Shown: positions 6,461-16,200 of the stretch, in pieces
Position numbering within the stretch: position 1 is the stretch's first letter
How the letters are laid out: every line of letters starts with the position of its first letter
Virus record (IMG/VR): IMGVR_UViG_3300044841_000145
Span: 1 to 51,228 of that record
Origin: a virus
Taxonomy: Duplodnaviria > Caudoviricetes
Reading direction: 5' to 3' (one strand)
DNA: 51,228 nt
The notes under the pieces: model-generated
What the model saw: only the letters and a program-made list of their open reading frames with translations
The model's database searches: none
Told to the model about the DNA's origin: nothing
Position numbers and translations under genes: made by a program

Positions 6461-8551
6461 ATGAACCTCGACGAGCTCAAGCAGCTCCGCGAGCAGATCA
6501 CCAACGACCCCGACCAGGTCACGGACGAGCAGCTCAGCGACGCGGTCACCGCGATCCGCGAGCAGGTCACCGAGGCCAAGAAGGCCGGTGTCAGCCCCGA
6601 GCTGATCGCCACCCTCGAAGACCTCAAGGGCATCCGCGACTCCGTCATCGCCATCCAGGGTGGTCGCGCCGAGGCTTCGGCTAAGGTCAACGCCGAGGCC
6701 GAGCGCCTGCTGGCCGACTTCGACGAGCCCGAGACCCCCGCCGAGCCGGTCGCCGACAGCAACGTCGACACCGCGGCCGAGGGTGACGCGCCCGCCGAGC
6801 AGACCCCCGAGCTCGTCACCGCTGGCGGTGCCGTGGTCGACCAGCTCGCCGAGCGGCTCCTGGCCCGCATCGACTCCGCGTTCGCCTCCCGCTCCGCAGC
6901 CACCCCGGCTGCCGCGAAGGCTCCGCAGGGCCGCACCGGTCGCCCCGCGCAGACTGCCCCACCGGTCTCCGCGGGTGATGTCGCCACCTCGAAGGTGTAC
7001 CTCGGCTCGCACTCCGAGCAGGGCCGCCCGGTCACCTCCGAACTGGAGATCGCCCGCGCGGTCCACGAGAAGTGGCGCGGCGCCTACCAGGCCAAGACCA
7101 AGGGCCGCATGCCCGTCCTGACGGTCGACACCGCCTACCCGGACTCGCGGGTCCTCGGCCAGAACGCCGAGGTCAACTTCGAGAAGATCCGCGCGGTCAC
7201 CTCGCCGCAGTCCCTGACCGCGGCCGGTGGACTATGTGCCCCGCTGGAGAACCTCTACGACGTCGAGGTCATCGGCAGCGCGGCGCGCCCCGTCCGTGAC
7301 GCCCTCGGCCGGTTCTCCGTCGAGCGCGGCGGCATCTCCTTCCGGCCCAACACCTCCGCCGCGGCGGCCGTGTACGGCGCTGGCGTGTGGACGATGACCG
7401 ATGACGCGGCCGACCCGCTCGGGACGAAGGCCTGCTACGTCGTCGACTGCCCCGGGTTGACGGACGAGGTCGTCGAGGCCATCTACCTGTGCCTCGAGTT
7501 CTCCAACATCTCGACGCGCTTCGACCCTGAGGTCACCGCGAGCAACGTGCAGCAGGGCCTCATCGCCCACGCGAGGCTCGCCGAGAACCGGCTCCTCGCG
7601 AAGCTCGCCGCCGGATCGAAGATCCTGTCCGCGCCCAAGGTCGTCGGTGCGACCCGCGACATCTTGGCGAACCTCGACAAGGCGACCGCGTACTACAGGA
7701 ACCGGCACCGCATCGAGGACAGCGTCGCGCTGACCTTCGTTCTCCCCGGCTGGGTGCGCTCGCTCATGCGCGCCGACATCGCCCGGCAGATGGCCGCCGG
7801 TGACTGGATGGAGGCCCTCGCGCTCGCCGACAGCTCCATCGACGGCTGGTTCTCCCGCCGCAACGTCTCCGTGGTGTGGCACCTCGACGGCCCAGCCGGG
7901 CTCGACGAGGTCCAGACGGTGACCATCACCGGCACCCCGACGGGCGGCACTTTCACCCTGACCTACTCGGGCCAGACCACCGCGGCCATCGCCTACAACG
8001 CCACAGCGGCCACGGTCGAGGCGGCGCTCGCGAACCTGTCGAACCTCCGCGCCGAGGACATCGTCGTCGCCGGCGGCCCCGGCCCCGGGACCGCGTACAC
8101 GGTCACGTTCAACGGTGGCGTGACGGACGGCGCCAACGTCGCCCAGATGACCGCGTCGGCTGCGGGCCTCACTGGCGGCACCTCGCCGGCGGTCACGGTC
8201 ACCACCACGACCGGTGGTGGCGGCGCGCTCACCGTCAACGGCGTCAGCATCGCGTCGCAGACCTACCCCGACGCGGCCGCGGGGGGAGTCCTCCCGGGCT
8301 TCCCCGACCAGATCGACTCGCTGCTCTTCCCGAGCGGGTCGTGGCTGTTCCTCGACGGCGGGTCGCTCGACCTGGGCCTGGTGCGCGACTCCGAGCTCAA
8401 CAGCCGGAACCGCTACCGCCAGTTCTCGGAGACCTTCGAGGGTGCGGCGTTCCGCGGTGTCGAGAGCCTCCGCCTGGCGATGACGGTCCAGCCGACCGGC
8501 CAGACGTCCGGCACCAAGGACACCACGGCCGCCGACGCGATCGCGGACTGA
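6461..8551 (+). CDS. Major capsid protein (HK97 fold; N-terminal scaffold/delta segment; internal Thr/Gly-rich beta-domain insertion)
   Basis: 696 aa. Coiled-coil N-terminus and LTAAGGLCAP...YD motif; RGGISF; C-terminal LDLGLVRDS.LN..N.Y..F.E.FEG, as in cluster-B-like actinophage capsids. Confidence 0.88.
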   Translation: MNLDELKQLREQITNDPDQVTDEQLSDAVTAIREQVTEAKKAGVSPELIATLEDLKGIRDSVIAIQGGRAEASAKVNAEAERLLADFDEPETPAEPVADSNVDTAAEGDAPAEQTPELVTAGGAVVDQLAERLLARIDSAFASRSAATPAAAKAPQGRTGRPAQTAPPVSAGDVATSKVYLGSHSEQGRPVTSELEIARAVHEKWRGAYQAKTKGRMPVLTVDTAYPDSRVLGQNAEVNFEKIRAVTSPQSLTAAGGLCAPLENLYDVEVIGSAARPVRDALGRFSVERGGISFRPNTSAAAAVYGAGVWTMTDDAADPLGTKACYVVDCPGLTDEVVEAIYLCLEFSNISTRFDPEVTASNVQQGLIAHARLAENRLLAKLAAGSKILSAPKVVGATRDILANLDKATAYYRNRHRIEDSVALTFVLPGWVRSLMRADIARQMAAGDWMEALALADSSIDGWFSRRNVSVVWHLDGPAGLDEVQTVTITGTPTGGTFTLTYSGQTTAAIAYNATAATVEAALANLSNLRAEDIVVAGGPGPGTAYTVTFNGGVTDGANVAQMTASAAGLTGGTSPAVTVTTTTGGGGALTVNGVSIASQTYPDAAAGGVLPGFPDQIDSLLFPSGSWLFLDGGSLDLGLVRDSELNSRNRYRQFSETFEGAAFRGVESLRLAMTVQPTGQTSGTKDTTAADAIAD

Positions 8552-8557
8552 CCGAAC

Positions 8558-9370
8558 GTGTTCTCGAACGTCCAGGGCGTCGCCGCGGCGCCACCAGCCT
8601 CCGGGCTGGTGGCGTCCGCGGTGCGCCCCACCGTCGAACGCTGGGAGACCGGGCTCGCCTGGGTCCCCGAGCGGTGCGGCACCGCCTACCAGCTGGTGCC
8701 GATCTGCGACGAGCCCGCCATCGGGTACGTGCCGCCCCGGCCCGGGTCGGCCTACTACCAGCCGGTCGGGCTCCGGATCGCGGACGAGTGCTCCACGCTC
8801 GGCGGCCCCGTCGACCTGGACCGGGTGCGTCGGGTCGCCGAGGCACAGTCGCCGTTCGCGATCGCCCGGGAGCTGTGGGACGGCGCGCTGACGAAGGTCG
8901 ACACGTACCTGGTCGGCGGCGTCACCACATCCAACGCCTACCTCGCCTCGGCCGATGCGGAGACGGTCGGCGCGGCGGCAGCGTCCGCCCGGGTCGGGAT
9001 CGGGCGCCTCGAGCAGGCCGCGCTCGAAACGAGCCACGGCCAGCCGGTCTACCTGCACGTGCCCGTCCTGCTGCTCCCGCAGCTCGACGGCTACGTCCGT
9101 CCGATCGGGCAGCAGCTCGTCACGCTCGCCGGCAACACGATCGTCGCCGACGGCGGCTACCCGGGCACCGGGCCGACCGGGCAGGCAGCGGGCGCCACGG
9201 TCTGGACGTACGCCACCAGCCCGGTCTCGGTCCTCACCTCGTCGTGGGACATCGAGGACGACCCGTCGTCGGTCGACCACACCGTCAACACCCGCACCGT
9301 GTGGGCCGCCCGCCTCTTCGCCGCGACCTTCGACCCGTGCGTCCACCTCGCCACCGAGATCACCCTCTAG
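8558..9370 (+). CDS. Head/neck-associated structural protein
   Basis: 270 aa between capsid and major tail genes; ELW.G, GRLEQA, GNTIVADGGYPG, NTRTVWA.R motifs seen at this position in related phages. Confidence 0.7.
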   Translation: MFSNVQGVAAAPPASGLVASAVRPTVERWETGLAWVPERCGTAYQLVPICDEPAIGYVPPRPGSAYYQPVGLRIADECSTLGGPVDLDRVRRVAEAQSPFAIARELWDGALTKVDTYLVGGVTTSNAYLASADAETVGAAAASARVGIGRLEQAALETSHGQPVYLHVPVLLLPQLDGYVRPIGQQLVTLAGNTIVADGGYPGTGPTGQAAGATVWTYATSPVSVLTSSWDIEDDPSSVDHTVNTRTVWAARLFAATFDPCVHLATEITL

Positions 9371-9380
9371 GAGAACAGAA

Positions 9381-10358
9381 ATGGCCTACAACGGTGCGGG
9401 GAGCATCTTCGCGTTGGGCGCGAGGATCACGAAGCTCGACGCCGCCGGCGCTCCACTCGTCGGAGCGAGTAACGCCTACGTGACCGAGGCGCTGATCTCG
9501 GCGAACATCGGCAACACGTACAGCGAGCCGGACGCGATCACGCTCACGAACGGCCAGGGACAGACCTGCGTCCACTACCAGCCGTCCGCAGTGCTGCTCG
9601 GTGGAACGCTCGAGGAATTCCGTTTTTGCCAGCCCGATCCAAATATCTTGCAGTTCCTCGCCGGCGGTGAGGTCCTCACTACGGGCGGCACCAACGAGGT
9701 CCAGACCGTCACGATCACCGGCACACCCACCGGTGGCACCTTCACGCTGACCTTCTCCGGGCAGACGACCTCCTCGATCGCCTACAACGCGATCGCCGCG
9801 ACCGTCCGGACCGCGCTCGAAGGCCTGTCGAACATCAACCCCGGCGACGTCACCGTGGCGGGCGGCCCGCTGCCCGGCACCGCAGCGACGGTGACGTTCA
9901 CGGGCCAGTACTCCAGCACCGACGTCGCGCAGATGACGGCGACTGGCAGCTTCACCGGTGGCACCTCGCCGGCTGTCGCCGTCACGACCACTACTCCCGG
10001 GGTGGCCGGCACGAGCACGACCGGCTACCGGGCCCCGCTCGTCAACACTGACCCGACGCCCAACGGCGTCTCGATCGAGCTGTGGTCGCGGGCGGTGCTC
10101 GACAACTCCCTGCTTCCCGGCGGGATCCACTGGGTGCTGCCGCGGGCGAAGCTGCGGCCGTCGGAGGGCATGGCCCTGGGGTCGGAGGACCCGCTGCAGC
10201 CAGTTTTCAGCGGCACCCTCGAACAGAATGCGAATTTCGGTGACGGGCCAATCGGCGATATCGACTTCCCGACCGATCGCGTCTGGCAGTTCAACTACAA
10301 CCCGGCGGCGATCCCGACTCTGTCGACCGGCATGACCACTGTGATCGCGGACGCGTGA
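9381..10358 (+). CDS. Major tail (tube) protein with the same beta-domain insertion as the capsid protein
   Basis: ATG after AGGAGA RBS; RITKLDAAGAP, N..G..CV.Y, FC.PDP, SIELWS...HWVLPR motifs. Confidence 0.8.
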   Translation: MAYNGAGSIFALGARITKLDAAGAPLVGASNAYVTEALISANIGNTYSEPDAITLTNGQGQTCVHYQPSAVLLGGTLEEFRFCQPDPNILQFLAGGEVLTTGGTNEVQTVTITGTPTGGTFTLTFSGQTTSSIAYNAIAATVRTALEGLSNINPGDVTVAGGPLPGTAATVTFTGQYSSTDVAQMTATGSFTGGTSPAVAVTTTTPGVAGTSTTGYRAPLVNTDPTPNGVSIELWSRAVLDNSLLPGGIHWVLPRAKLRPSEGMALGSEDPLQPVFSGTLEQNANFGDGPIGDIDFPTDRVWQFNYNPAAIPTLSTGMTTVIADA

Positions 10359-10359
10359 C

Positions 10360-11124
10360 GTGACAACCCCAGGCGGCTGCTCGGCGTGGGCCCAGGTCGA
10401 TGACCTGCCCACGTCGGCAGTTGGCCTGCACACCGAGGCCGCGTGGTGCGGTTACCTCGGGATGGCCACCGACATCCTCTGGAGTGCGACCGGCCGGCGC
10501 TGGCGGGGGGCCGGGCTCACCGCGGAGGTCGTGCTCCGTGCCGCGCCACCACGGACAGGGGAGGACAGCGGCTGGAGCTACCACCGCAGCTGGGGCCACT
10601 GCGCCTGCTATGCCGGTGCCGGCATTCTCGGGCCGCGCTGGGCCGACGCCCCGTACGGGCATCACGAGCCCACCAAGGTCCGGCTTCCGCACCCCGACGT
10701 CACCTCCGTGTCCGTCGTCGCAGTCGACGACGTCCCGTTCGACGCGTGGCGTCTGGACGGCTCATGGCTGGCCCGCACCGACGGGCGTGGCTGGTCGGCA
10801 TGTCACGACCGCAGTGTCGTGACATACGCGTACGGACACGAGCCGCCCGACGGCGGCAGGCTGGCGGTCGCCCAACTGGCCGTCGAGATCGGCCGGGACG
10901 CCGCTGACGATCCGGACCAGCCGTGCCAGCTCCCCAGGAGGGTCTCCTCCGTTACGAGGCAGGGCCTCAGCTACGACTCGCTCGATTCCATGGAGTTCCT
11001 CGACCGCGGACTCACTGGTCTTTACGCGATCGACAGCTGGATCCGAGCCGCGAACCCGCATGGCCGCAAACAGGCTGCCACCTGCTGGTCCCCAGATCTT
11101 CCCCGAGCCAGGAGCACGACATGA
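10360..11124 (+). CDS. Head-to-tail adaptor protein
   Basis: ATDILWSATGRRW...CQLPRRVSSVTRQG.S......LD.GLTG...ID.WIRAANP signature of actinophage adaptors. Confidence 0.8.
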   Translation: MTTPGGCSAWAQVDDLPTSAVGLHTEAAWCGYLGMATDILWSATGRRWRGAGLTAEVVLRAAPPRTGEDSGWSYHRSWGHCACYAGAGILGPRWADAPYGHHEPTKVRLPHPDVTSVSVVAVDDVPFDAWRLDGSWLARTDGRGWSACHDRSVVTYAYGHEPPDGGRLAVAQLAVEIGRDAADDPDQPCQLPRRVSSVTRQGLSYDSLDSMEFLDRGLTGLYAIDSWIRAANPHGRKQAATCWSPDLPRARSTT

Positions 11125-11336
11125 CCGAAGACCGCCGCGCCTTCGACCCGTTCGCCCCACCCCCGCTGGCGACCGCATCGGAGCCCGCCCCTGCGACTAC
11201 ACAGGCCGAGGACCTTCCGGCCGACCTCAGGTACCTCAGCAAGCCGGAGCTCGTCACTCTCGCCGAGCAGCGCAACCTCGACCCGTCCGGGACCCGACCC
11301 GAGCTGATCGACCGCCTGCTCGCCTCGCAGGGCTGA
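11121..11336 (+). CDS. Small SAP/HeH-like domain protein (71 aa)
   Basis: LSKPELVTLAEQRNLDPSGTRPELIDRL matches the SAP/HeH pattern; ATGA overlap with the adaptor gene. Confidence 0.7.
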   Translation: MTEDRRAFDPFAPPPLATASEPAPATTQAEDLPADLRYLSKPELVTLAEQRNLDPSGTRPELIDRLLASQG

Positions 11337-11339
11337 CCC

Positions 11340-11873
11340 GTGCCTGCCGGTCTGGGCCTCGACATCGGGTCGGTCGCGCAGACGATCCTCGCCGCCCTCG
11401 AAACGCACTACGCCGCGGCCGTCGGCATCACGCTGCCCGAGCGCCGGTTCCTGGCGCCCGGTGCACCGGAGCTGATCGCCATTGACTGCCCCTGCGCCGT
11501 CGTCACCTGCTCCGGTGTGGGCAACGGCCAGGCTCCCGGGGTGGGCGGGTCACCGCTGAAGGCCGGCAGCCAGGTCTCGTCGGCCGCGCTCCGGCACGTG
11601 ATCTACGCGGTGCAGGTGTGGCGGGTCGTGCCTGAGGCTGCCCGCGCCGGCACGAAACCTCCGCCGGTCGAGCGGCTCACCGAGGCGGGCCTCATGGTGA
11701 TGCGCGACGCCGGCCTGATCTCTCAGGCGCTGGTGGATATCTGCACGGCCGTCGACCGGACGCTGCCGGCGGGTGCGCTCGTCGCTCCGGGAGCGGTCAC
11801 CACGCTGGGCCCGGAAGGCGGGTACGCCGGCAACCAGGCGACCTTGTCGGTCACCGCAGGGATGCTCGTGTGA
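11340..11873 (+). CDS. Tail terminator/neck-like structural protein
   Basis: Position in the neck cluster; C-terminal GPEGG..G motif. Confidence 0.6.
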   Translation: MPAGLGLDIGSVAQTILAALETHYAAAVGITLPERRFLAPGAPELIAIDCPCAVVTCSGVGNGQAPGVGGSPLKAGSQVSSAALRHVIYAVQVWRVVPEAARAGTKPPPVERLTEAGLMVMRDAGLISQALVDICTAVDRTLPAGALVAPGAVTTLGPEGGYAGNQATLSVTAGMLV

Positions 11874-12286
11874 GCCGCCCCCGCGCGAGCTACCGGGGCA
11901 ACGACCCCGACTTCCACGTCATCCGGTCGACGTTCTCCGACGACGATGGGCCGGTCGGGCGGTACGTGGACTCCCGGGCACGGCTGGTGCTCGCCGAGAT
12001 GCAGCGCCGCGCACCGGTGCGGACGGGGCTCCTGCTAACCACTCTGCGGACCCAGCGCCGTCGCACATCGCATGGCCCGGCTGTCGACGTCATAGCCGGC
12101 GCGCGCGGTTTAACTGAGTACCTCGGCTTCATCATTTTCGGGACTGAGCCGCACATCATCCGCGCTCGTCGCCGGCGCGCGCTCCGGTTCATCGGCAGCC
12201 AAGGCCTGACGTTCGCCCGCTCCGTCCGACACCCGGGCACCAGGGCCAACAACTTCATGCAGGACAGCCTTCGCGTCCTGCGCTGA
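11870..12286 (+). CDS. HK97 gp10-like tail completion protein
   Basis: APVRTG.L...GT.PHIIR.RRRRALRF...V.HPGT.AN.F..D.L motif. Confidence 0.75.
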   Translation: MSRPRASYRGNDPDFHVIRSTFSDDDGPVGRYVDSRARLVLAEMQRRAPVRTGLLLTTLRTQRRRTSHGPAVDVIAGARGLTEYLGFIIFGTEPHIIRARRRRALRFIGSQGLTFARSVRHPGTRANNFMQDSLRVLR

Positions 12287-12341
12287 GTCGCGGCACTCGC
12301 GGGCGTCGCGCCCACCTGCTCGCTGGCCCGACCCTCAGCCC

Positions 12342-12806
12342 ATGCCCGCCGCATCCAAGAAGCGTTTCGGCCGGAAGGCCGACATCGAGCCGATCCCGGT
12401 GGTCGACTTCTCCGTCACGTTCGACGTCGACGGCGAGGAGACCGAGCACTACTTCAAGGCCCGCCCGCAGATCACCTACGGCGACATGGTCGCGCTGAAG
12501 AAGCACGAGGCCGACGACCAGGGCGCGGTGTTGCCGTACCTGGACCGCGTGATCCGCCGCTCCCTGATCAACAACGACGGCACCCCGGTCAAGTGGCGGC
12601 CGATCGTGAAGGCCGGCCAGTTCGCCAACCCGGACGGCACCGACGTCCCGGTCGCCGACCTGCCCAAGTACACCGCCCACGAGGCGGGCTCGTCGCGCCG
12701 CCGCTGGGTGGAGCTGATCGACTCCGACGACGCGGTCGTGGACTTCGAGCAGGTCATGAGCGTCTTCGAGTGGCTCGCGGAGGAGGCGGCCAACCGCCCT
12801 ACGTAG
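12342..12806 (+). CDS. Tail assembly chaperone (gpG-like)
   Basis: Lies between neck and tape measure genes; ends ...NRPT-stop. Confidence 0.7.
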   Translation: MPAASKKRFGRKADIEPIPVVDFSVTFDVDGEETEHYFKARPQITYGDMVALKKHEADDQGAVLPYLDRVIRRSLINNDGTPVKWRPIVKAGQFANPDGTDVPVADLPKYTAHEAGSSRRRWVELIDSDDAVVDFEQVMSVFEWLAEEAANRPT

Positions 12807-13144
12807 AGGCCACAGCTCTTCTGACTGTGGCCACCACCCGCTCTGACATCGCCTCGTACCTGCGGGGGAAGGCGCACCAGGCCGGCATCCACGTCGGGAT
12901 GCCGCTGGGGCTGGCGTGCGACATCCTCCTGGCCCTCGAGGTCGACGGCGTCCCGGGTGAAGAGATCAAGAAATGGCGGAGCAACCTCGATCGGCAGCTC
13001 ATGGTGCGCCCGGTCGCGTCGAGTCGTGCTGCCGGCCCGAACCGCGAGACCTGGGGTGCAACCCCGGAGCAGGCCCGCGCCATGGGCCAGCTGACGTCCG
13101 GCATGAAGCTGCCGCCGGGTGTCGTCCCGACTCCGCTGTCGTGA
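12797..13144 (+). CDS. Tail assembly chaperone extension (gpGT-like), probably reached by -1 frameshift at CCCT 12797-12800
   Basis: The -1 frame is open across the upstream stop and lacks a good RBS/start; ends with WGATPE..RAM. Confidence 0.6.
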   Translation, partial: PYVEATALLTVATTRSDIASYLRGKAHQAGIHVGMPLGLACDILLALEVDGVPGEEIKKWRSNLDRQLMVRPVASSRAAGPNRETWGATPEQARAMGQLTSGMKLPPGVVPTPLS

Positions 13145-13228
13145 GTCGCGACTCGCGGGCGGTCGCGCGACTCCGCCCCCGGCAGCGATCGTGAGCGCGC
13201 CCCGTAGGACTGCGACCCCAGCTGTGAG

Positions 13229-16200
13229 GTGTCCCGTGCGATAGCCGTGCAACTGGACACCGCGTACGTCTCGGTCGAGGCAGAGAGCAGCGGCGCCGAG
13301 CGCGACGCAGCCACCGCCGGCCGCCGGTTCGGGAAGGCATTCGCCGACGGCGCCGACCGCGAAGCCTCGCGCACGAACGTCGCGGACCGGCTGTCGCGCG
13401 AGGTCGAGCAGGCCTCCCAGCGGGTCGCCCGCGCAAGGACAGCGGAGACCCGGGCGGCGCAGCAGGTGCAGTCCGCTGAGGACCGCCTCGCCGCGGCCCG
13501 CACCCGGGCGGAGAACGCGGCCGGCCGCGTGGTGGTCGCCGAGACCCGCCTGCAGACGCTCCGCGCCTCGGGCAGGGCCGGCGCCGATCAGCTCGTCGCG
13601 GCCGAGGAGCGCGTCAACGCCGCCCGTCGTGGCGCCGAGTCGGCGAACTCAGCCGTAGAGCGCTCGACCAGCCGTGTCGCGGACGCCCAGCAGCGTCTCG
13701 CCTCCGCCAACCAGGCCGTCGAGGGCGCGATCTCCCGGCACCGCGGCGCCCAGGACGGGCTGTCGTCGTCGATGTCCCGGTCGGGGAGCGCCGCGGAGTC
13801 TCTGGCGCAGCGGCTGCGGCGGATGGGCGACGAGGGCGCGTCGGTGGGACAGCGGATCCGGGCAGCCCTGGACGGGATCAGCCTGGCGGGGCTGTCAGGG
13901 CAGATCAGCCGCGTCAACTTCTCGGGCCTCGTCTCGGGGGCGAACCAAGCCAACAGCTCACTCCGGCAGCTTTCCGATTCCGGGTCCGGCTCGAGCTTCT
14001 CCGGCCTGATCTCAGGCGGCCTGCGCGCCGGCGCCGGGCTGGTCGCGCTCGGCACGGCGGCTGCCGCCTCGTACGCCGCGCTCGGCGGCGGGATCGCCAT
14101 CATCGGTGCCGTCGGGGCGTCCCTCGGGTCGCTGGCCGGGATCGCCGCGGCAGTGCCCGCCGCTCTCGGTGGCGTCGCTCTCGGCGTCGGGGCGATGCGG
14201 CTCGGCCTGTCCGGTATCGGTGGCGCGCTGCAGGCCCTCGGGGCCGCGCAGTCCGCGTCAGGTGCCGCCGCTGGCGCCTCTGCTGCAGCGCATGAGGCGG
14301 CGGCCGAGCGGATCCGGTCGGCGCAGATGTCGCTGCAGTCCGCGCAGACCGCGGCGGATCGGGCGTCGATCGACGGGGCACGTGCCGTGGCTGCGGCGCG
14401 CAGGGCCCTGGCGGATGCGCAGGCCTCAGCTGCCCAGCGCATCGCCGACAGTGAACGCAACTTGGCCAGGGCGTCGCAGGCCGCCAGTGACGCCCAGATC
14501 CAGTCGATCCGCCGCATCGCCGACGCCCAGGACACCCTCGTGCGGGCCCAGCGGTCGGCCCGTCAGGCGCAGGAAGATCTCACGCGCGCGGTCCGCGACG
14601 CCCGGGAAGCGCAGGAAGATCTCGCGCTGTCCGTGCGCGGTGCTGCTCTCTCGGAAGAGGAAGCGGTCATCGCCCTGGCCGACGCGCAGGAGCGGCTGGC
14701 GCAGGCCCGGAACGTCGGCGTGGACGGCCGGGAGCTGCAGCGGCTCGACCTCGATGCCCGGCAAGCGGCATTGAGGTTGGACGAGACCCGCGAGCGGTAC
14801 CAGGACCTGCAGCAGGAGTCGGAGGCGTCCGCTGCCGCCGGGATCAACGGCTCTGACGGTGTCGTCTCGGCGCAGCAGCGGGTCGCTGACGCCGCCGACG
14901 AGGTCCGCCGCGCCGAGCAGGGCATCACCGACGCCCGGGCGGAGGCCGCGAGGTCGGCTCAGGAGTCGGCGCAGCGGGTCGCGGACGCACAGCGGGAGCT
15001 CGCGCAGGCCCAGGTTGACGGTGCTCGGCAGGTCGCCGACGCGCAGGAGGGCCTCACGGTCGCGCAGGAGATGGCCTCCCGCGCCCAGGTGGACGCCGCA
15101 CTCCGCGTCTCCGAAGCCCAGCGGGACGTCGCGAACGCGATCCGCGAGGCGGGGCAGGCCGGTGCTGCCGGTGCCGGCGGGATCGACCAGGTGGCGCTGG
15201 CCATGTCGAAGCTGTCCCCGGCCGGGCGTGAGGTGGTGCTCGCGCTCAACGCGATGCGCCCCGCCTGGAATGCAATGCAGATGGGGGTGCAGCAGCGGCT
15301 CCTAGAGGGACTGGCGGGGCCGATCACGCAGCTGGGCACGACGTACATCCCGATCCTCGGAGCCGCGCTCGGCACCGTGGCGGACGCGTTCAACCTGGCC
15401 GGCCGGAACGCCCTGACGTTCTTCAACGACGCAGACACGGTCGGCCAGCTGCGACCCGCTCTGGACCTCGTCGCGCAGGGGGTGGCGAACGCGGCCCGGG
15501 CCTTCATGCCGCTGACGGAGGCGTTCACCGACATCTTCACGGTCGGCGCGACGTTCATGCCCCGGCTCGGTGCGGCGATCGAGGGCGTCGCGCAGAGGTT
15601 CGCCAACTTCATCTCCGCCGCGGAGGCCTCCGGTCAGCTCGCCGGGTGGATCGAGGGCGGGATCACTGCGTTCCAGACGCTGGGGGCGATCCTCGGGAAC
15701 CTCGGCGGCGTCATCGGCGGCGTGTTCGCGGCCGCGAATCAGGTGACCGGCGGTTTCGGGGGCACGCTGCTCCGGCTCACCGACCAGCTGAACAACACCG
15801 TCAACAGCGTGGCCGGCCAGCAGGCGCTCACCGCGTTCTTCCAGGGCGCAGCAGACGCGGCTACGGCGCTGATGCCGCTGATCGGTGGGGTCGTCCAGGC
15901 CCTCGGCGTGATCGGCCCGGTGCTGTCGGGCATCGGGGTGGCGATCGCGCCGCTGCTCGCGACCATCGTCCAGAACCTCATCCTCGGGCTGCAGGCCGCG
16001 GCTCCGGGCATCACCGCTTTCGCGGTCGGGTTCGTGCAGATCTTCGCGGCGATCTCCCCGCTGCTCCCGGTGATCGGAACCCTGTTCTCGATCATCGCCC
16101 CATTCCTGCCGATCCTGATCACGGTCGGGGCAGCGATCTTCGGCCTGGTCAACACGATCATCACGATCTCGCGGGTCATCACCACCCTGACCGCGGTCTG

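Noticed and set aside
7232-9346. 704-aa minus-strand ORF, and similar long shadow ORFs such as 15302-17371(-), 30178-32526(+) and 7876-9483(+)
   Set aside because: Antisense or off-frame shadows of well-supported genes. They are Arg/Pro/Gly-rich with no motifs, as expected in high-GC DNA.
7907-10002. Duplicated segment as a diversity-generating retroelement TR/VR pair
   Set aside because: Both copies are in-frame coding domains, the differences are not adenine-specific, and there is no reverse transcriptase in the window.
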